A DNA stretch of 63,839 nt, filler included, from Fonticula-like sp. SCN 57-25 (Eukaryota), in the NCBI GenBank assembly GCA_001724245.1. It is 3 parts of 3 records of this genome, joined end to end, with 100 filler letters (N's around TTAATTAATTAA, not from the genome) between each part and the next. Parts side by side here need not be neighbours in the genome. Positions count along the whole stretch, not along the records: positions 21,691 to 43,111 come from MEDX01000081.1; positions 43,212 to 63,839 come from MEDX01000088.1; 1 more part is not named here. One strand, 5' to 3'. The notes beneath the pieces were generated by a model. The model worked only from the letters and a program-made list of their open reading frames with translations. It searched no databases and was not told the DNA's origin. The stretch's first letter is position 1. Each line of letters starts with the position of its first letter. Made by a program: the position numbers and the translations under genes. Below, piece by piece: positions 36,099 through 49,318 of this stretch.

Positions 36099-38658
36099 TC
36101 ACAAAAGAACGTCGTCGAGAATCCTCAGCGCGCGCTGGTACACCTCGAGCTGGTGCCTGCATCTATCGCGCTCCGCCGCCGTACTGTCCTCCTCGGTGAG
36201 CACCTCGGCCAGCCCGTCCGAGCGGTACAGTGCCGACACGAGGCGGCTCTGAAGCTGATCCCGCGACCGGTTCACCATGTGGTACATGATCGCCTTGGGC
36301 ACCAGATCGGCAACGTGCTTGCGCACGATGTTAAAGTAGGAGATGATGAGGGCGCGCAGCAGCTCAACCTCCATCTGCTCCTTTTCGGTCATCTCGCCAA
36401 CGCGCTGGTCCATCGTCGACAGCATGTCGACCTGTAAAAGTATCAGTAAAAGGGAATGTCTTTTGTTTCCTTCAAACGCACCTTTGCCACCCCGCCCGCC
36501 TGCACTGGCGTCGTCTGCCACCCGCCAAAAATCCCCATAAGCGACGTCAGCTGCCTCAGCTTGCCGCCCTCGTCGCCCCTTCCCGCCGCGCCATTCGCCG
36601 CCGCCCGCCCGTCGGCCCCGATCGTCGCCGACGCCCCCGCTGCCGCCGCTGCGCGACGGTCGCCTTCCTCCTTTGTCCGCCGGTGGCGCTCAATCACTAT
36701 CTGTTGTGTCAGCGTACATGTGGCGTCAAAAGAGGCGGACCTTCGATGGCACGCGCGGCGCCGATAAAGTCGGGGTGGCCCGTGTTGATTAGGGCGAGCT
36801 CAATGTTGATGAGCTCCTCAACGGCACGCTTTGCTGGCGCGAGGCCTTCGCGGAGCAGCGCGGTCGTCTCCTGCATGATGCGCGCGCTCAGAGCGGGGAA
36901 GCGCTTCACATCCTATAACGTACGTCAGTGACACTTCAAGATGCGTAAAGTGATGGAAATGACCAGCAACTACATAATTGACCTAACGACTGCGCCAATG
37001 AAGCAAAACTGACGAAAATACAGCAAAAAACAACGGAATATAGTTCTCAAACACAAATAAAGCATGTATATCCCTTCACTTCCCCGCCCGCACCTGCGCC
37101 TCCGCCATGGCCGCCACGCGCATCAGCTCCTCAAACACAAGGTCAACGCAGCGCTGCGCGGGGTCCGCCAGCCGCGCGATCTGCCGCTTGACGATGAGCT
37201 CAAAGGCCAGGTCGGGAATGAACAGCATTGAACGCGGCCCCTGCATGGAGTTAGTTTCGCGGGCAGTCATAGAGTAGGACGTACGGCAGAGTTGCGGATG
37301 GCCGTGCGGATCTCGCTGAGTGAGAGGCCGCCGCAGGGGTCGGTTTGCTCAAGTGTGCGAGCAAAGAGATCATTAAAGACGTAATGAATGCGCGCTCCGC
37401 CAGTCCTATAAAGACACGTTACAAAGCCGTACGCACTATTCAAGCATAGGCCATCCACCTATCTCACGTACAGTTCTGCTTGCTGCACGCGCATCGTGCC
37501 CTCAATTGACCGATTAAATGACGTGGCAAAATCCGTCAGCAACTGCAGCAACAGCTTTAACTATGCACGCTAGTCAGAGAACGATTCGCATAGTTTGTCG
37601 CGCACCGGCTCCGCGTCCGACTCGAACGAGACCGGCTTGCCAAACGTGGCGAGCTCGTCGGCCGCGCCGCCCGCCAGCGCCGCCAGCTTCTTCCTTATTG
37701 ACGGGGTTTGCTCCCTGATGCTCTGCACAAGCAACTTATTGAGCGTCTTGGTGAGGTAAGGCGTGCCACACCGGGCCGCAAACGCCCGGTACGCCTCGTG
37801 GCCCCTAAAGAACTCTTCCTCGGCCCGCAGCGAGTCCCTGATCCCCTTGCCCTGCTGCGTGTCGCGCTGGCTCCTGCTCACAACGCCGACGTACCCAAGG
37901 CGCAGCGGGACCACGCGGCCGTAGAGCGCGTCGATGGCGCTCGTCCCGCTGTCCATGAGGTCAAGCTTGGTCACCACGCCGACTGTGCGCAGGCCCTCGG
38001 GGTCCACCTGGCGCGCCAGCTTGAGCGACTCGGAATTTGCAAGATCGACGTTGGCCGCGCTCACCGCGAGAATGATCGCATGCGGGTTCTGGATGTGCTC
38101 GAGGGCGAGCGCGCGGACCTGCTCCTCGATGTCGCGAGGCTGATCACCGACGGGCACCTTCGTGATGCCGGGGAGATCAACTAGTGTAAGGTTTACAACG
38201 TCCGGTGCATGAATGCTCAGCACAATCGGCGTAGAGCAGACCTTCTTGCTCGCGCCGCCGCCAAGTGCGCGCGATGTCTCGAGCTCAATCTCGCGGCGCA
38301 CAAGGCCAAAGTCGGTAAAGATCTCGCCCGGCTTGTGCTCAAACTCGGCGTACTCGGCCGGCTCATCAAGCACGGCGGGCAGCGACGCGTATGTGTCTGC
38401 GTCGCCGGCGCGAGGGGAGTGCGCAGGGGCACTGGCGCCGCTCGCGAGCGTGTGGAGCTGAAGGACGAGGGGGCGTCGTGTGACGACATCGGGGCCGCGC
38501 GGGAGGAAATCCCGGCCGACAATATTCTCGAGAACGGACGATTTGCCGGTGCTCTGGCTGCCAATGACAACAATGCGAGGGAGGCGCAGTGGGTCGTGGC
38601 CAAGTGACGCGAGAGCAGACTGCACACGGTTGATGAGCGGGATCAGCTCCGACCCCAT
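36099..38658 (-). CDS. DNM1: Dynamin-related GTPase Dnm1/Drp1 (fission)
   Basis: LIPLINRVQ; IVVIGSQSTGKSSVLENIVGRDFLPRG; LVDLPGITKVPVGDQP; TKLDLMD; GGARIHY; IRTAIRNSA|GPRSMLFIPDLAFE; GED domain SYFNIVRK..DLVPKAIM. Confidence 0.88.
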
Positions 38659-38891
38659 CGCGGAAACAGTGACACACGGCCAATCGTGATGACGTAGATT
38701 GTGCAAAGTGCAAACTGCTCACATGTGGCCCACTAGCTGCCGACTAGCGTGGGTCCGTGGGATTCTAAATTCTATAAATAAGTTGCGCCGAGCGGGCCTG
38801 CAGCTTTGCAGCTTAGCTTAGATCTTTGGTTCCTCGCTCGCAGCTCGCGAACTACCCGTAGGGAGGATAAGCCAAGGTGGAGGAGCCGACA

Positions 38892-41800
38892 ATGCGGGAT
38901 GTTCTACTGCTAATCGCGCTGTTGGCTACCGCCATCTCGACTGCAGGTGCGGTTACCTCCGGTCTTACAACCCAGGGTCTGCTCACGGCAGACGTCTCTA
39001 TGTGTAGCCTCGCAGAACACGCGCGTGTACATGTACAACGGCGCTTCTACCTACTCTAGCAATGGTAGTCGTAACTACGAGGTTGGATCCCGCCACCAGA
39101 CCAAATTTTGCGATGGGGTGCCAGGCTGCACGGACGAATACAAAACGTACAACCTGGTGTACACTCAAGGAACCGGGTCAATGCCGCGCTGGATGGCCTA
39201 CACAGTCTATGACTTTTCTGCCCTGGCAGTACGTCACATGGGTTTCTGCTTCTTCTCACACGTCTAACGTTTCGCATTTGACAGCCTGCCCCGAGTCGCT
39301 TCTGCGCCACTGGCGCGCCCAAGCTCTTTCTGAGCCAATCTAGCACAAGCGTGGCTCCCGATATGGCTACCACGGTTACAACTGATGCCCTTGCCAATAT
39401 GTACGCGAAATATCACTGGCGACGCTGCCGATATTAACACGCTGCTTAGCGATTACGGCAAATTGACGTGGAACAATCAACCTCCGTTTACATCATACCT
39501 TGTCCGCGTATCGCAATCAGGCTACACAAAGGCATCAGAGTGCGACTGAGTGCCATTTTAGTTGCGTTTGCTAATGGCCTATCCAGGTGGTGGTACTATG
39601 TCGACCTCTCTGCCGTCTTGCTCAACACTATCGTGCGCAAGTCGGCCAGCGCCGTACGCATCACCCCCTTTGTCGAGTCATCCATTCACTCCGTGCCCTT
39701 AGGTGACGCTCCGCCAGCAGTACACGCATGGTACCCTCATCGGCTGGGAAACACACAAAGGGTCTTCTCCTTTTAAACCCTACGTAGCCCTCGACTATTT
39801 GACGTGTGACGAGAATGCGACCTGCTCCTACAATGGCGTATGCACCTGCAACACGCAATATGCCGGATCGGGGACAAAGTGTACTTGTACGCTACTTTTG
39901 TTTATATTGTTCTTGATCTAATCATCTATTTTCGCCTGATTTTCAGATAGCTCGTGTGACACGACGATCATGGGGAACGCCAATTTCACCTTGACATTGT
40001 CGGGCGAGGTTGCATCGGGGACCTGCCTCCCTGGCTACACTGGGCATCCGAAAGCGCTTTGTAGCAATACTGTTTGGGGCGCTGTGAGCGACCCTTGTAT
40101 TCGTTCGTATTTCGCTTGCCAGCCTGCATTTGCTGACGTCGCCCCTAGCATTGACGTGCCCCGAGGACATCACCCAGACCACTGGTAACGCCAGGTACGC
40201 GAGGACAAACGCTGGCCAGTTTACCACGGGTTTCTGTATCACTGGCTACAACGGAACTGCGACCCGATTCTGCTCCCTCCATGGCGCTTGGGCGTATGCG
40301 GCAATCGAGTCCTGCAAGCGCATCTCCTGCCCCGCTACAACGATGAGTAACGCAAGATTTATCGAAACCTACAGCTCCACAACCCGCGGTGGCTCCTGTC
40401 TCCCTGGGTACGCGACGAGCTCGGGCACCCCTACGAGCACCTGCTCTGCGTCTGGTGCATGGGGCAGTGTCACAAGGCCTTGTACCCGTACGCCACTCAC
40501 CTGATTGACCATGGCGAATACTCACTTTTTGGCGTAGGTAGAGAGTGCCCAACGTTCACGGACAATGTAAACAAGGCGCAGTGGCCAAAGACCCTCTCAT
40601 CGACGAACGGCGTGGGTGTATGCATGGCGGGCTACCAGGGCTCGCCGCAACGGCCGTGCGGGGCAAATGGAAGCTGGAACAGTACCGTTATTGGTGCCTG
40701 TCATCCGATATATTGCTCAGCCGAATCGACCTTTGAAAATGCTGCGTGGCCGGCGACGAACGCAGGATCAAGCAGCACTGGCACGTGCGTGACTGGGTAC
40801 AGCGGGGCGCCTGTGCGCACGTGCTCGATCACTGGCGTTTGGGCTTCGTCTGTATCGCCCGCGTGCGTTCGCAACACCTGCTCGGCGGCCAATTTTGGAA
40901 ACGCTATTTGGCCTGGCAGCACTCTGTCAATGACCACCGTAACCGGCACGTGCGCGACTGGTTTCTCTGGTGTCCCCTCTCGCGCCTGCAACGCCGATGG
41001 CACGTGGTCATTGTCTGTATCGAACCCATGCGTGAGGTTGTTTTGCCCGTGGGCGCAGCGAAACGACGCTATCTGGCCTCACTCGGCTGCTCCCACCTCC
41101 ACCGTTACGGGCGAATGCGTAGCCGGCTACAGCGGCACGCCTACTCGCGACTGCAGCGTGAGCGGCGACTGGCTAGCTGTTTCTGGTGCATGCACTCGCA
41201 ATCGCTGTAGCGCGATAACAGAGGGCTTTGCCACCTGGGCTGCCGCGGATTCGCTCACGTCGGTTTCTGGGACATGTCAGGCTGGGTACCAAGGCAGCCC
41301 GAGCCGTACTTGCAGCGCCGACGGCACCTTTGGTGAAATCATCAACCCCTGCCGGCGCATCGTGTGCAGTGCTCAGAGGCACGACAATGCGATGTGGTCG
41401 GACACCAATTCTGGAACCACTGCGTCTGGAATTTGCGATCATGGCTGGAGCGGATTGCCCACCAGGGAGTGCAGCTTTACAGGAACGTGGGGTTCCGTCT
41501 CTTCGCAGTGCGAGCGCATCACCTGCCCGTCGATCGATGACGCTTCAGCGCAAGCACTTTTCCCTGCAGCTAACGCAGGCGACCCGGAGCCTGCCATTTC
41601 AATTCGTCCACCGTCCCCACGCGCGACTGTATGTCCAACGGGTCGTGGTCCGAGGTGAGGAACCCATGCAGTACTAGCCAGTGCCCCGCCCTTCAGGACG
41701 ACGGCCACGCGGACTGGGAGAGATCTATGATCGTTAACCGGAATGTGACGGGCACATGCGTGGCCGGATACAACACCACGCTGCCGCCTCCGCAGCGCTT

Positions 41801-43111
41801 GTGTATGGCAAACGGTCAGTGGGCCGCCGAGATTACCAGCCCCTGCCAGCCGATCTTTTGTACCAAGACGTCTTCAAGTTACGCTCCGTTCAACGCCGAT
41901 TGGCCCAACTCGGTGCAGGCCGGTATGGCCGCTCCTGGGACCTGCGCTGCCGGATTCACCGGCACGACGTCGCGCACGTGCTCGCTCACGGGTGAGTGGG
42001 GTATCCCGTCGCCGGCTTGCCAGGCAATCACTTGTCCTGCCATTGGCGACGACGGCGCGCAGAGCTCGTGGCCAATGACGCAGGCTGGCAAGAGCGCGTC
42101 GGGCACCTGCGTGGCAGGCTACGAGGGCACCCCGACTCGCGGGTGCACCCTCGCTGGCCAGTGGGAGGAGGTCTCGTCGCCCTGCACGCAGAAAAAGTGC
42201 CCGGCCGGCACAGCCTCGAACAGCGTGTGGGTGGATACCCTTAGTGGTCTTTCAGCCACTGGAACGTGCGTGTCTGGCTCCGTCGGTTCGGTGACTCGCT
42301 CCTGCTCGTCGGATGGTGTTTGGGGTTTGGTTGTTGGGACGTGTAAATTTGTCGTCTGCCCTGCTGAAATAGTAGGCAATGCACAATGGGGCGATACTCT
42401 CCCCGGAGACGTTGCTATTGGCAGCTGCGTTGCCGGCTATGCGTCCAGCCCAGCACCCAGACGCACGTGTCTTGCAAACGGCAACTGGGGATCTGTCAGC
42501 GGTGCCTGCACGCGTCGTGTCTGCTCCAGCGAAACGTTTGACAATGCCAATTGGCCGTCGGAGAACGCGATGACGAATGACGTGCGTGGAACGTGCACCG
42601 CCGGCTGGTACGGCGCACCGGTGCGAGACTGCAGCTCGAGTGGCCAGTACTCTGCCGTGAGGAACTCCTGCCTCCGTAATATATGCCAAGCTATTGAGAG
42701 CGAGATGGGCGCGTGGGCGCCGACCAACGCCGGCTCGACGAACGTGCAAGGCACCTGCCCTATTGGCACCGTCGGCTCGCCCTTCCGCAACTGTGCCACG
42801 GACGGCACGTGGAGCTCAATCCTGAGCGGTAGTTGTGTCTCGCGGTCGTGTCCCGCCCAGTCGTCTGGACTTGTTGATTGGCCCGCCACGCCGGCGGGCA
42901 GTGTTGCCAGCGGCTCGTGCCCGTACGGATACTATTCGAACCCTTCGCGCGAGTGTTCGTCTACTGGTGTGTGGGGTCCGATCGTGAACCCTTGCTTGCA
43001 GTACATCTGCCCGGCCGTGGTAGACGGCCATGTGCAATGGCCCGCGACGCCGGCGATGTCGACCGCCACAGGCCAGTGCGGGTCAGGCTACTTTGGTTCG
43101 CCATCACGGCC
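38892..43111 (+). CDS. Secreted/surface DNRLRE/CBM96-like + EGF + at least 19 HRM/sushi-like Cys repeats (family member 2; 3' end lost in gap; frameshift near 41590)
   Basis: Signal peptide MRDVLLLIALLATAISTA; WMAYTVYDFSAL...KLTWNNQPP; EGF CDENATCSYNGVCTCNTQYAGSGTKC; tandem C-x(9-12)-WP.T.aG...G.C..GY.G.P.R.C...G.W....C repeats. Confidence 0.85.
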
Positions 43112-43211
43112 NNNNNNNNNNNNNNNNNNNNNNNNNNNNNNNNNNNNNNNNNNNNTTAATTAATTAANNNNNNNNNNNNNNNNNNNNNNNNNNNNNNNNN
43201 NNNNNNNNNNN
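43112..43211. other. Artificial contig linker (N-run + TTAATTAATTAA + N-run)
   Basis: Seen directly in the sequence. Confidence 0.97.
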
Positions 43212-43850
<639 letters not shown>

Positions 43851-43988
43851 CTATAGCCACCTGCGGGTGGGAAGTGCGTTTCCCGCGTCTTGCGACCAAT
43901 CACGTGCCGGAAACGGCGTTGAGCCGTGGACCTCGGGCCACGCCGAGCGGGCGAGGGAGAGCAGGGCAAGAGGGACACTAAAAATCTA

Positions 43989-44639
43989 TTACACGAGTGC
44001 TCGTCCGAGCTCTACAAAATGTGAAGGGCGCGTGAGCCTGTTGACGGCCGACGTCGGGAAGGGTTCCGTCTTGCCCGTCGGTTGGAGGCCAAAGTGGCCG
44101 TAGAGAGGGAGGAGATCGGTCCGGTGGTTCACAATGTGGCAGCTGATGGTCAGGGCGCCCTCGGCACGCGCGCGACGCTCAACAGTCTCGAGAAGACGGC
44201 GTGCAAGGCCCGATCCCTGAAAGCCCGCATATTAGCACAATCCCCGGCCGTATACCAACGACCCTTGGCAGACGGATCCACCGCAAATGAGCTAAAGAAA
44301 CAGCTACGATCGCGCGGCCTGAGAAATCATATTACAAAAAGGAATGCGTACTTTGTGCCTTCAACGTTGTAACGCACCACTCCTGCAAGAGATCCGTCAG
44401 GACGACACGCCAGAATAAATGTGCCGCCGCTCATGTCAATGAGGACATCGTCGCCAATGTACCGATTGCAATTCTTGAACGCAACCCCGGAGGAGCCAGT
44501 CTCCACCTGGTATGCAGTGTTTATAAGGCTCTATACGCCGCACAAACTCAGTTTAGTGCCGCAAGCAAAAAAGGGCAGGGCGCGTTACCTCGATGGCCTT
44601 TGAGTCCTGCAACTCGGCATCGCGAAGGAGCAGATCCAT
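43989..44639 (-). CDS. GNAT N-acetyltransferase (4 exons; last junction anomalous)
   Basis: Spliced: MDLLLRDAELQDSKAIE|SLINTAY...FAVDPSAK|GSGLARRLLETVERRARAEG...IVNHRTDLLPLYGHFG..PTG...FP...LTRPSHFVEL; acetyl-CoA-binding motif A. Confidence 0.8.
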
Positions 44640-45255
44640 TTTGATTGGTGGAAAATTGGGGATTTGGCGGCAATTTACATACCCAAAAGAACCAAAGAAT
44701 TTGGCATGCAATGAAGCTACTTTAGAATGCGCCAGTGTTTCCGGGGTTGAAGAGACCGACGGGAACACTATGAAACTGTAAATTTTCTAAAGAGGTTCCT
44801 TATGAAACAGAATTTTAAATATCAAAAAAAATGTGTTCATCAATTCCAGCAAATGTGGTTCAAAGGAGAGGTATAGGGTATTCTACTTCGTTTGCATATC
44901 AACAAAGTGCATTTTGCGACTCTGTGTTTTCATAGAAACATGTTTAGTCCGCGGGGGGCTGGGCTAAACGACAAGGCTTTTGGCAGGTGGCTCCGCCTTC
45001 AATCGCGTGAGCAGTGCCTTTTCGAGCGTGTCTGATTCCTTGTAAAGCACTGAAAACGGCTTCAGACTGCTCCTTAAAACTATTCTCTTGACCATTTCAT
45101 ACACTTTGTTCTATTCCGATTACTTTATACTTCTAATATATTTGCATTTGGCCCTCCGGCCGTCCATTTTGTCCCATTTCGACAGAGATTTTCATCAACA
45201 TTTCAAACGGTGACACACCTTTACCGAAACCTTTCAGAAGGCGCGCGCTTCCTCC

Positions 45256-48200
45256 ATGTCGGTCGAGGCAGAGGGTCGCGAAGTGCTGTCGCGGCTGCTC
45301 GCCGTCCGCGATGACGAGTACGTCTTACCATGACACGGTTACCGGCATACTGACACATATATTGTTGCAGTGGGCGCCAGCGCGCAGAGTTGTTTGTAAA
45401 GCTGCCTTCGCGCAAGCTGTTCGCCGATTATTACAAGGTCATCTCGGAGCCAATGGCGGTTGACACTATTCAGGTACGGCGCTGATGCCTGAGGCGGCGC
45501 TCGTCTAACGTCTCTGTGCAGAAAAAACTGAATGCGGGCGAGTATGATTCCTTTGCGGCGTTTGAGGCGGACGTGGCCGTTATGTTTGCCAACGCCAAGT
45601 ATTACAACGAGCCCGGCTCGGAGGTGTACGAGGATGCCGTGGCACTCGAAAAGGCGTTCAAGGCAGCCAAGAAGGAGGTCCACACCTCGAACAAGCGCGG
45701 CGACACACCGAGTTCGACGCCATCTCGCTCGGCTGTCAAGAAGGAGGCGGCGACGCCTGCGACGCCAAAGGCGGGCTCTGCTGCCGATCGCGCGCAGCTC
45801 GAGGGCATCCTGGAGGAGATCACGGCGCTCAAAGGCGACGACGGGCGTCAGCTCGCCAAAGAGTTTTTGAAGCTTCCGTCGAGGAAAGAATTTGCAATTT
45901 ATTACACCGTTGTTGAGAAGCCGATTTCCCTGAGCGAGATCCGGTCAAATATCAGCAAGGGCGAGATCGCGTCCGTCGCCGCGCTGGCCGCCGCCGTCGA
46001 TCTCATGGTGAAGAACGCCAAAATGTTTAACGAGCCCGACTCGGAAATTGTTTCCGACGCCCTGACCATTTCTGTGCGTAGAATCCAAAGATCGCTCGCT
46101 TTTGCTCACCTTCTTTGCCTTGCTAGAAAACGGTTGCGAAGCATCTCCCTCGCAAGGGGCGAGGCACGCCCGCGGCGCCTGAGGCGCCGTCCATCCCGGC
46201 GCCGGCCGCGACGCCCAGCCGGGCCAAGCCTGCCGCCAAGAGCGCGTCTCCCGCCCCCGCCAAGGCTGCGGCTCCTTCCTTTGCCGACTACGTGCCCGAG
46301 CAGACGGAAGAGTCGGTGACCGTCGGTGACGCGTCGTTCCGTGCGGGAGAAGTTGTCCTTTTGCCAAACACGGTGGACGCGGAGGCTGCGCCACACGTTG
46401 TCCTCTTGGACGCCGTGTGGATGGAGAATGGTGCCCCGATGTGCCACGGCACGCTGCTCTTCCGCCCCGAGGAGACCTTCCACGTGGCGACCAAGCGCTT
46501 CTTTGAAAATGAGGTGTTTAGGACAAATGCCGGCCGCACGCTGCCGCTCACGGGCGTCGTCGGCAAGGGCGCCGTCATTTCAGCCAAGGACTTTCCCAAG
46601 CGTACGTCTCTTTTTTTTAGCTGGACAGTCCTTTACTGACTCTTAAAAGTGCGCCCGGAAGGCATTGCCGATGCAAATGTGTTTGTCTGCGAGTCGCGGT
46701 ACGTCGAGGCGAGCAAGACGTTCCACCGCATCAAGGACTGGCGGAAAGCGTTCCCTCACCCTGACGCCGCGCCTGCCCTTGTGACGCGCGACGTGCCCGT
46801 GGAGCTCACGACGGTCCGCTCTGTGTTTTGGACGGACGCCGAAGGCGACGGGGACGGCGACGAGGGTGCGGTTGCTGACGCCGACGATGATGCCATGGAC
46901 GTGGACGCGCCGGTGGTCAAGCCGAAGCGCAAGGCGCCCGCGACGCCGTCGTCGCCGTCCACGCTCGATCTGGACGCGTCGGCCTCGGCCGCCAAGACGC
47001 CGCGCACGGCGGCCGCCAAGGACGTCAAGACGCGGAAGCCCGTCCAGATTTCCACCAATGTCTCTTACGGGTGGTCGTCGCGCGACTCGCTGCGCCGGGA
47101 GATTTACCTCGCGCGCCAGACGCCAGTGCCCGTGCGCGCTCCTCTTTGCTTAGCAACCAAATCTAATATTTGTGTGCAATAGGAGAGCAAGTCGCTTGAC
47201 AGGGCGCACCTGTACGTGTGCTTCCTTGGGGCCGATCCGCTGGCCGTGGAGGTCCCCGGCGGAGTCGCTCTGGGGCGCATCTGCGTGCCTCACCTCCTGC
47301 GGTACGAGTCGATGGCTATCTATTTGGTTCTTACGAAGGATTTAGGGCACTGTCGTTTCCCAAGAACCGCCGCCAGCTGCTGCTCAAGCGCGTATCTGCC
47401 GCGTACCCCGAACACATTGTGGAGACGCAGGCCGACCTTGACCGCTCCGGCCTATGGTGCGCGACACTGCCCTTTTTATTGCTTGTGGCCTGATCCAATT
47501 TCTGCAGGGCGCCGCTCGAGCTTGTGTGTGCCGTGCTGCAGGACGAGTTGTCAGCTTCGCAGACTGACCTGATGGCGACCTTTGCGCCGATCGTGCGCTC
47601 GTACCCGCAGTTTGTGGCGCGGGAGCCTTCGCTGGCGATCCCCTTTTTGGACGACGGCCTGCTGGGCAACGGCGAGGCGATCCCGGCGCTCGTGGAGAGC
47701 GAGCCCGCGGGCGACGGCACCGCCGCCCCCGCGCGCCCTCCGCTTCAGGCGACGCTTCCGCCGTACACGCCGCTGACTGTGAGCCTGCCGCGCGGCGGGC
47801 CTATTGTCGGCGGGCCGGTGACGACAGCGGCGAGCTCGAGCGCCCCGCTTCCGCAGCTTCAGTTGAGCGCGCGCGGGACGCAGGCGCTTGTGGCGCGCGC
47901 TCTCGCCGGCGAGCTGTCGTCCAATGCGGTGCAGCCGAGCTCGTCGCCGCTGGGCATCTGGCTCTTCCACTCGGACAGCGACGGGACCGTGTGGCCGCTC
48001 GACCCCGCCGTCGAGGCGCACAGCATCACCGTGCACGTCGACAGGCGGCCGGGCGCGCAGACGACCAACACGCATGCGGTTGCCAACTCTGACGACGAGC
48101 AGGCGGGCGCCTCGGCGTCAAAGCCGACGCTCACGCTTGTCATTGCGACCAACGGTGCTGTGAGCGAGGTGCAGGCGTTCTGGAACGCCAAGCCGATAAC

Positions 48201-48408
48201 GCCGACGCTCGTCGAGAAGCCGCCGTCGCCCGTGGCGGCAAGCGTCGGCGCGACGCTCGGGAGGTACCCGGCGGTGCAGACGGCTTTCTACACGGCCACG
48301 GTCGATATCGTCGGGCCGCTTTCTCTCTTTGAGCTCGTGCTCGGGGGCGCGGAGCAGCAGCAGCGGCCATTCTATACAATCTTTGTTCGCAAGGCCGCTG
48401 CCGTGTAA
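45256..48408 (+). CDS. RSC/PBAF-type chromatin remodeller subunit: bromodomain-bromodomain-BAH + C-terminal beta-rich domain (Rsc1/2-polybromo-like)
   Basis: LFVKLPSRKLFADYYKVISEPM...MFANAKYYNEPGSEVYEDA; FLKLPSRKEFAIYY...NAKMFNEPDSEI..DA; BAH FRPEETFHVATKRFFENEVFRT...VFVCESRY. Confidence 0.85.
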
Positions 48409-48736
48409 GCATTGGCCAAGCATTCATTTCTTTTTCAAGTGTGTCTCAATACATTATTATGCAACTATTGCGCGAATCTCAGCCAACTTATCCCAATTAA
48501 CTATATTGCTCAAGTATCATGGATGGTAGACTACACGTTTTCTTTAATAGGGCGGGCTCCACACCCGCCCCAATGATTATGCAACGAAAATACCCCCTCA
48601 ATGAATCTCCATGCCGCCCAGAGCAATCATCAAACGACATGGCGCAAGCACGGCCACCCTGCCACGAAACAAGACACAAAACAATGAAAAACAAATGAAA
48701 AAAATAGTGTTTCAAAGTACAGAATACATGCTGTGC

Positions 48737-49318
48737 TCACATAATGTACGGCATCTGCCCTCGCCTGGACTCCATGAACGACGGCTCGGTCACCTCGATC
48801 TGCCCGACCAAAAAGGAAAGGTCCTGGTCATCGGTGAGGTCCTCCTCTGCAATTGGCTGCTCATTGATGTGAATTGACCCGTAGTAGGCCGCCGACGTCG
48901 AGTCCTCGGACACGGATCTGTGGTGACGCTTGCTGGGGGGGGCAAACTTGCCGCCCCCGGGGGCCGACGGGCTGTTTGACGGCGTCTCTGTGATAGAAAA
49001 AGTTCTCCGTGCGCCGGCCGCCATCGGCCCGGAGCTTTGCCCTGCCCCAATGGGCATGCCCATCGCCGGCGGAGGCATCAGGTGCCTCATCAGCTCCTTG
49101 GCGGCGATCGACGCGGCATTGACGCGCTCCCGGTCGCGCTCGCCCGACAAGTCCTCTTCACTCGATGTGGCGCTGGAAGCCGAAGCAAACGCCGTCGCCG
49201 ACGACCGCGCGGGCGCAGCGAGCGAACTCCGCAGGGAGAGCCGGGCGAGCGATTCGTCCATCATCTCGGCGGCGACCGGGGGATGGAACGGCACAAGCGG
49301 GGGCGACGATGACGCCAT
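48737..49318 (-). CDS. Hypothetical Ser/Pro-rich, probably disordered protein (intronless)
   Basis: Open frame with coding-like GC bias from MASSSPPL; motifs RRTFS and KRHHRSVS; ends MPYIM; AT-rich 3' region follows. No family recognised. Confidence 0.55.
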   Translation of the reverse strand: MASSSPPLVPFHPPVAAEMMDESLARLSLRSSLAAPARSSATAFASASSATSSEEDLSGERDRERVNAASIAAKELMRHLMPPPAMGMPIGAGQSSGPMAAGARRTFSITETPSNSPSAPGGGKFAPPSKRHHRSVSEDSTSAAYYGSIHINEQPIAEEDLTDDQDLSFLVGQIEVTEPSFMESRRGQMPYIM

